Below are positions 61,814 to 64,000 of a stretch of DNA of 64,000 nucleotides, piece after piece (position 1 is the first letter of the stretch; every line of letters starts with the position of its first letter). The notes beneath the pieces were generated by a model. It saw only the letters and a program-made list of their open reading frames with translations, ran no database searches and was not told the origin of the DNA. Where the stretch lies: NCBI GenBank assembly GCA_963749395.1, contig CAVVMT010000019.1, forward strand, positions 5,934 to 69,933. The letters are read 5' to 3'. Both the position numbers and the translations under genes were made by a program. The stretch comes from Vulcanimicrobiota bacterium (GTDB lineage Bacteria; Vulcanimicrobiota; Vulcanimicrobiia; Vulcanimicrobiales; Vulcanimicrobiaceae).

Positions 61814-62813
61814 CCCCGCCCGTCGACGTCGCCGCCGAGCTGGCTTCGGGACTCGCGGACGCGCGCGGCGTCCCGCGCCTGGGCCGCCGCGAGGAACACG
61901 TTCGGCTGCGCGCGGCCGGCGCGCGCGACCTCGCCTGGGGCCGGCTCTACGAGGGGCACGTCAACGCGCTGCAACTGATCGCGCGGCTCGGCGACGGCGC
62001 GCAACGCGCGCGCGCCGAAGCGGACGTCGCAGCGGGCCGCCTCTTCGGCGTGTGGAACACGCAGGCCGCCGACGGCGTGCGCATCGCCGTTGCCGATGCC
62101 GGCGGGGTGACGCTCGCGGGGCGCAAGACGTTCGGCTCGGGGCGGGCCGCGTCGCACGGGCGGTCGTGACCGCCGCGTGGCCCGACGGTTCGTCGCAGCT
62201 CGCCGTCGTGCCGATGGACCGGGTCGCCGTCACGATCGATCGTTCGTTCTGGCGCCCGTTCGGCATGGAAGATTCGGACAGTTTCGCAGTCGACTTCAGC
62301 GGAGTGCGGCTGCGGCCCGCGGACCTCTTCGGCGCGCCGGACGACTACGAACGCCAACCGTGGTTCACGGCCGGCGCGTCGCGCTTCGTCGCGGTCCAGA
62401 CGGGTGCGCTGGAGGCGCTCGTCGCCGACTTCGCGGCGTTCTTGCAGCGGCGCGGGCAGCACGAGGCGCCGCTGCAGCTCGAGCGGCTCGGCGAATGTGC
62501 GGTCGACGCGCGCACGGCGGTGTTGTGGACCGACGCGTGCGTCGCGGCCTGGGAGTCGTACGATGCCGCACCCGAGCCGGCCGACGAAGCGCGTCTGCAC
62601 GCGACCGTCGATGCGGCCCGCCATGCGGTCGAGCGTGCCGCGCTCGCGATCGCCGAACGCGTCGAACGCGGCGTCGGTGCACGCGGCCTGCTCGAACCGG
62701 AACCGTTCGCGCGACGCGTGCGCGACCTGCGGATGTACTTGCGTCAGCCGGCGATCGACGCGACGTTGTTGCGGGTCGCGCGCGCCGCCTTGCCGCCGTC
62801 GGCGATCACCTGA
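61768..62813 (+). pseudogene. acyl-CoA-dehydrogenase-like protein with apparent 1-nt deletion in a G4 run (62139-62142)
   Basis: ...GVTLAGRKTFGSG in the frame of 61768..62169 continues as AGRVARAVVTAAWPDG... in the frame of 61779..62813. Adding one G restores GSGAGRV. The GTG 61768 start overlaps the previous gene by 46 nt and is uncertain. Confidence 0.6.
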
Positions 62814-63765
62814 CGTAGCGCCGCGGTTGCCTCCGGAGCCGGGACCCGCGGCCGCTCGTCCCACGCGCGCACGTCGGCGCCGCGCAGGCGCGCGACGGTG
62901 AGGGCCGGATCCTCCACCAAGAGCGGCGCGCCGGCATCGTGCACCATGCTCCAGCGGCGAATGCGCGTTCCGAAGCCGCCGGGAGCGCGCGGGCGCAGGC
63001 GAGCCGACGTCCAGACGCGCACCCGCAGGCTGTGACGATGCGCGCGCCGTTCCGTTCGAGCGCTTCGTACAGCGCGATATCTTCGAGTGCCCGCACCGGC
63101 GGCACGCCGCCTGCGGCCTCGTACGCATCGACGCGAACCGCGAAGCTCGGCCCGGAACGCTGCCAATGGCGCGGCCACGGATCGTAGGGCTTGGGGTCGA
63201 GCTGCGCTTCGAGTTGCGCGACCGCGTACAGGTACGCGTTCTCTTCGAGCAGCATGCGCCGCGTGTGCGCGGGCAGGGCGGCCCATTCGACCGGATCGAT
63301 CAAGATGCGGCCGGTCACCGCGTCGGCGCGTTCCATCTCGCGCAGCGTCCATGCGATCCAGCCCGGCGCGGGCACCGTGTCGGCATCGGTCGCGGCGAGG
63401 ATCGCGTCCGGCACGTTCGCATTCCGTAGGCGGGCGGCGGCCGCTTCCATCGCGGTGCGCCGCGCCGTGCCGATGTGCGCGACGTTCGCGGGGAGATGCT
63501 CTTCGGCCACGTGGATCGCCGGGGCTGCGTGCATCCCGGCCGCGGCCCGCGCCACCTCTGCCGTCGCATCGTCGCAGTTGTTCGCGTAGACGAGCACGTC
63601 GAAGACGTCGCGGGGAAGCGGGCCGCCGTCGACGTCGCGCTGGGCGGCGAGCGCGCCCAGGGTGCGCGCGATGCGCTCCGCTTCGTTGCGCGCGGGGATC
63701 ACGACGGTCGCGCGGCATCCCGGCCGTGGCGGCGGGATGCGCACGAACGGATCGTTCGCGGTCAC
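62744..63765 (-). pseudogene. family 2 glycosyltransferase with apparent 1-nt deletion near 63036-63038
   Basis: VVIPARNEAERI and ATDADTV. After ...YEALERNGARI the conserved continuation HSLRVRVWTSARLRPRAPGGFG... is in another frame (track ORF 62744..63718). Confidence 0.65.
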
Positions 63766-64000
63766 GTCCGGCGCCGCAGCAGATCCAAGCGATACCGCTC
63801 GGTTCGCTCCCAGGCGACGCGTTCGAAGCGCGCGTCGCCGAGAAAGGCCGCGTGCACCGCGTCGCCGTCGCGCACGTACTCTTCGACCCGCGGCAGAAAA
63901 TGCACGAGCAATAGGTCGCCGCCTGCGAGCAGCGCCGACGCGATGCGTTCGCGCGCGGCCGCCAGGTCGGCGTCGGACCAGTAGTAGCCGACTTCGCAGC
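63762..64000 (-). CDS. SAM-dependent methyltransferase-like protein, C-terminal fragment (5' end outside window)
   Basis: Hand translation: ...CEVGYYWSDADLAAARERIASALLAGGDLLLVHFLPRVEEYVRDGDAVHAAFLGDARFERVAWERTERYRLDLLRRRT*. The TGA at 63762-63764 overlaps the GT2 GTG start (GTGA). Confidence 0.5.
   Translation of the reverse strand, partial: CEVGYYWSDADLAAARERIASALLAGGDLLLVHFLPRVEEYVRDGDAVHAAFLGDARFERVAWERTERYRLDLLRRRT

Noticed and set aside
1-64000. CRISPR arrays, rRNA genes, and long tandem or interspersed repeats.
   Set aside because: No regularly spaced direct repeats, rRNA-like conserved blocks or repeated segments of 30 bp or more were noticed on reading through. This is a by-eye judgement, not a computed repeat search.

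Overview
This is a high-GC (roughly two-thirds G+C by eye) bacterial chromosomal segment. It is gene-dense, with about 60 protein genes and one tRNA-Thr(CGT). I saw no rRNA, CRISPR array, transposase or integrase.

**Left part**
- A 5'-truncated outer-membrane barrel gene followed by YceI.
- An ECF sigma / DUF4349 anti-sigma pair.
- A DAHP synthase preceded by an aromatic-codon leader peptide and a terminator, which together look like an attenuator.
- A group made of TauD, a CMD-family gene, a CoA-transferase, a carboxyltransferase with BCCP, and an amidohydrolase.
- A STAND NTPase-TPR gene.
- tRNA-Thr followed by a higBA cassette and a lower-GC island (amidohydrolase, COG0523 GTPase, TRIC channel).

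**Middle**
- An all-plus-strand block with two tandem pairs of TcuA-like flavoprotein and MmgE/PrpD protein.
- A third PrpD with a LeuCD-type dehydratase and an orphan TRAP binding protein.
- A GGDEF gene sits after the second pair, and a PAS-GAF-HD-GYP gene lies to the right after a MetE-like gene.

**Right part**
- An ECF sigma / anti-sigma pair with a cupredoxin.
- A large GntR-centred divergon. The minus arm carries epimerase, HyuA, HyuB, SDR and a Liv-type ABC system. The plus arm carries a racemase-like gene, a binding protein, a fourth PrpD and a second Liv-type ABC system with a fused permease-ATPase.
- An iron-permease-family gene, then ACAD-like, GT2 and methyltransferase genes.

**General observations**
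- Six genes carry apparent frameshifts, several in G4 runs or (GC)n tracts. This looks more like consensus indel error than decay, but it needs read-level checking.
- Most intra-operon gene junctions are 4-nt start/stop overlaps.
- Many long ORFs in the supplied track are GC-driven antisense or shadow frames and were not called.
- All family assignments come from motif recognition by eye. No database search was run.
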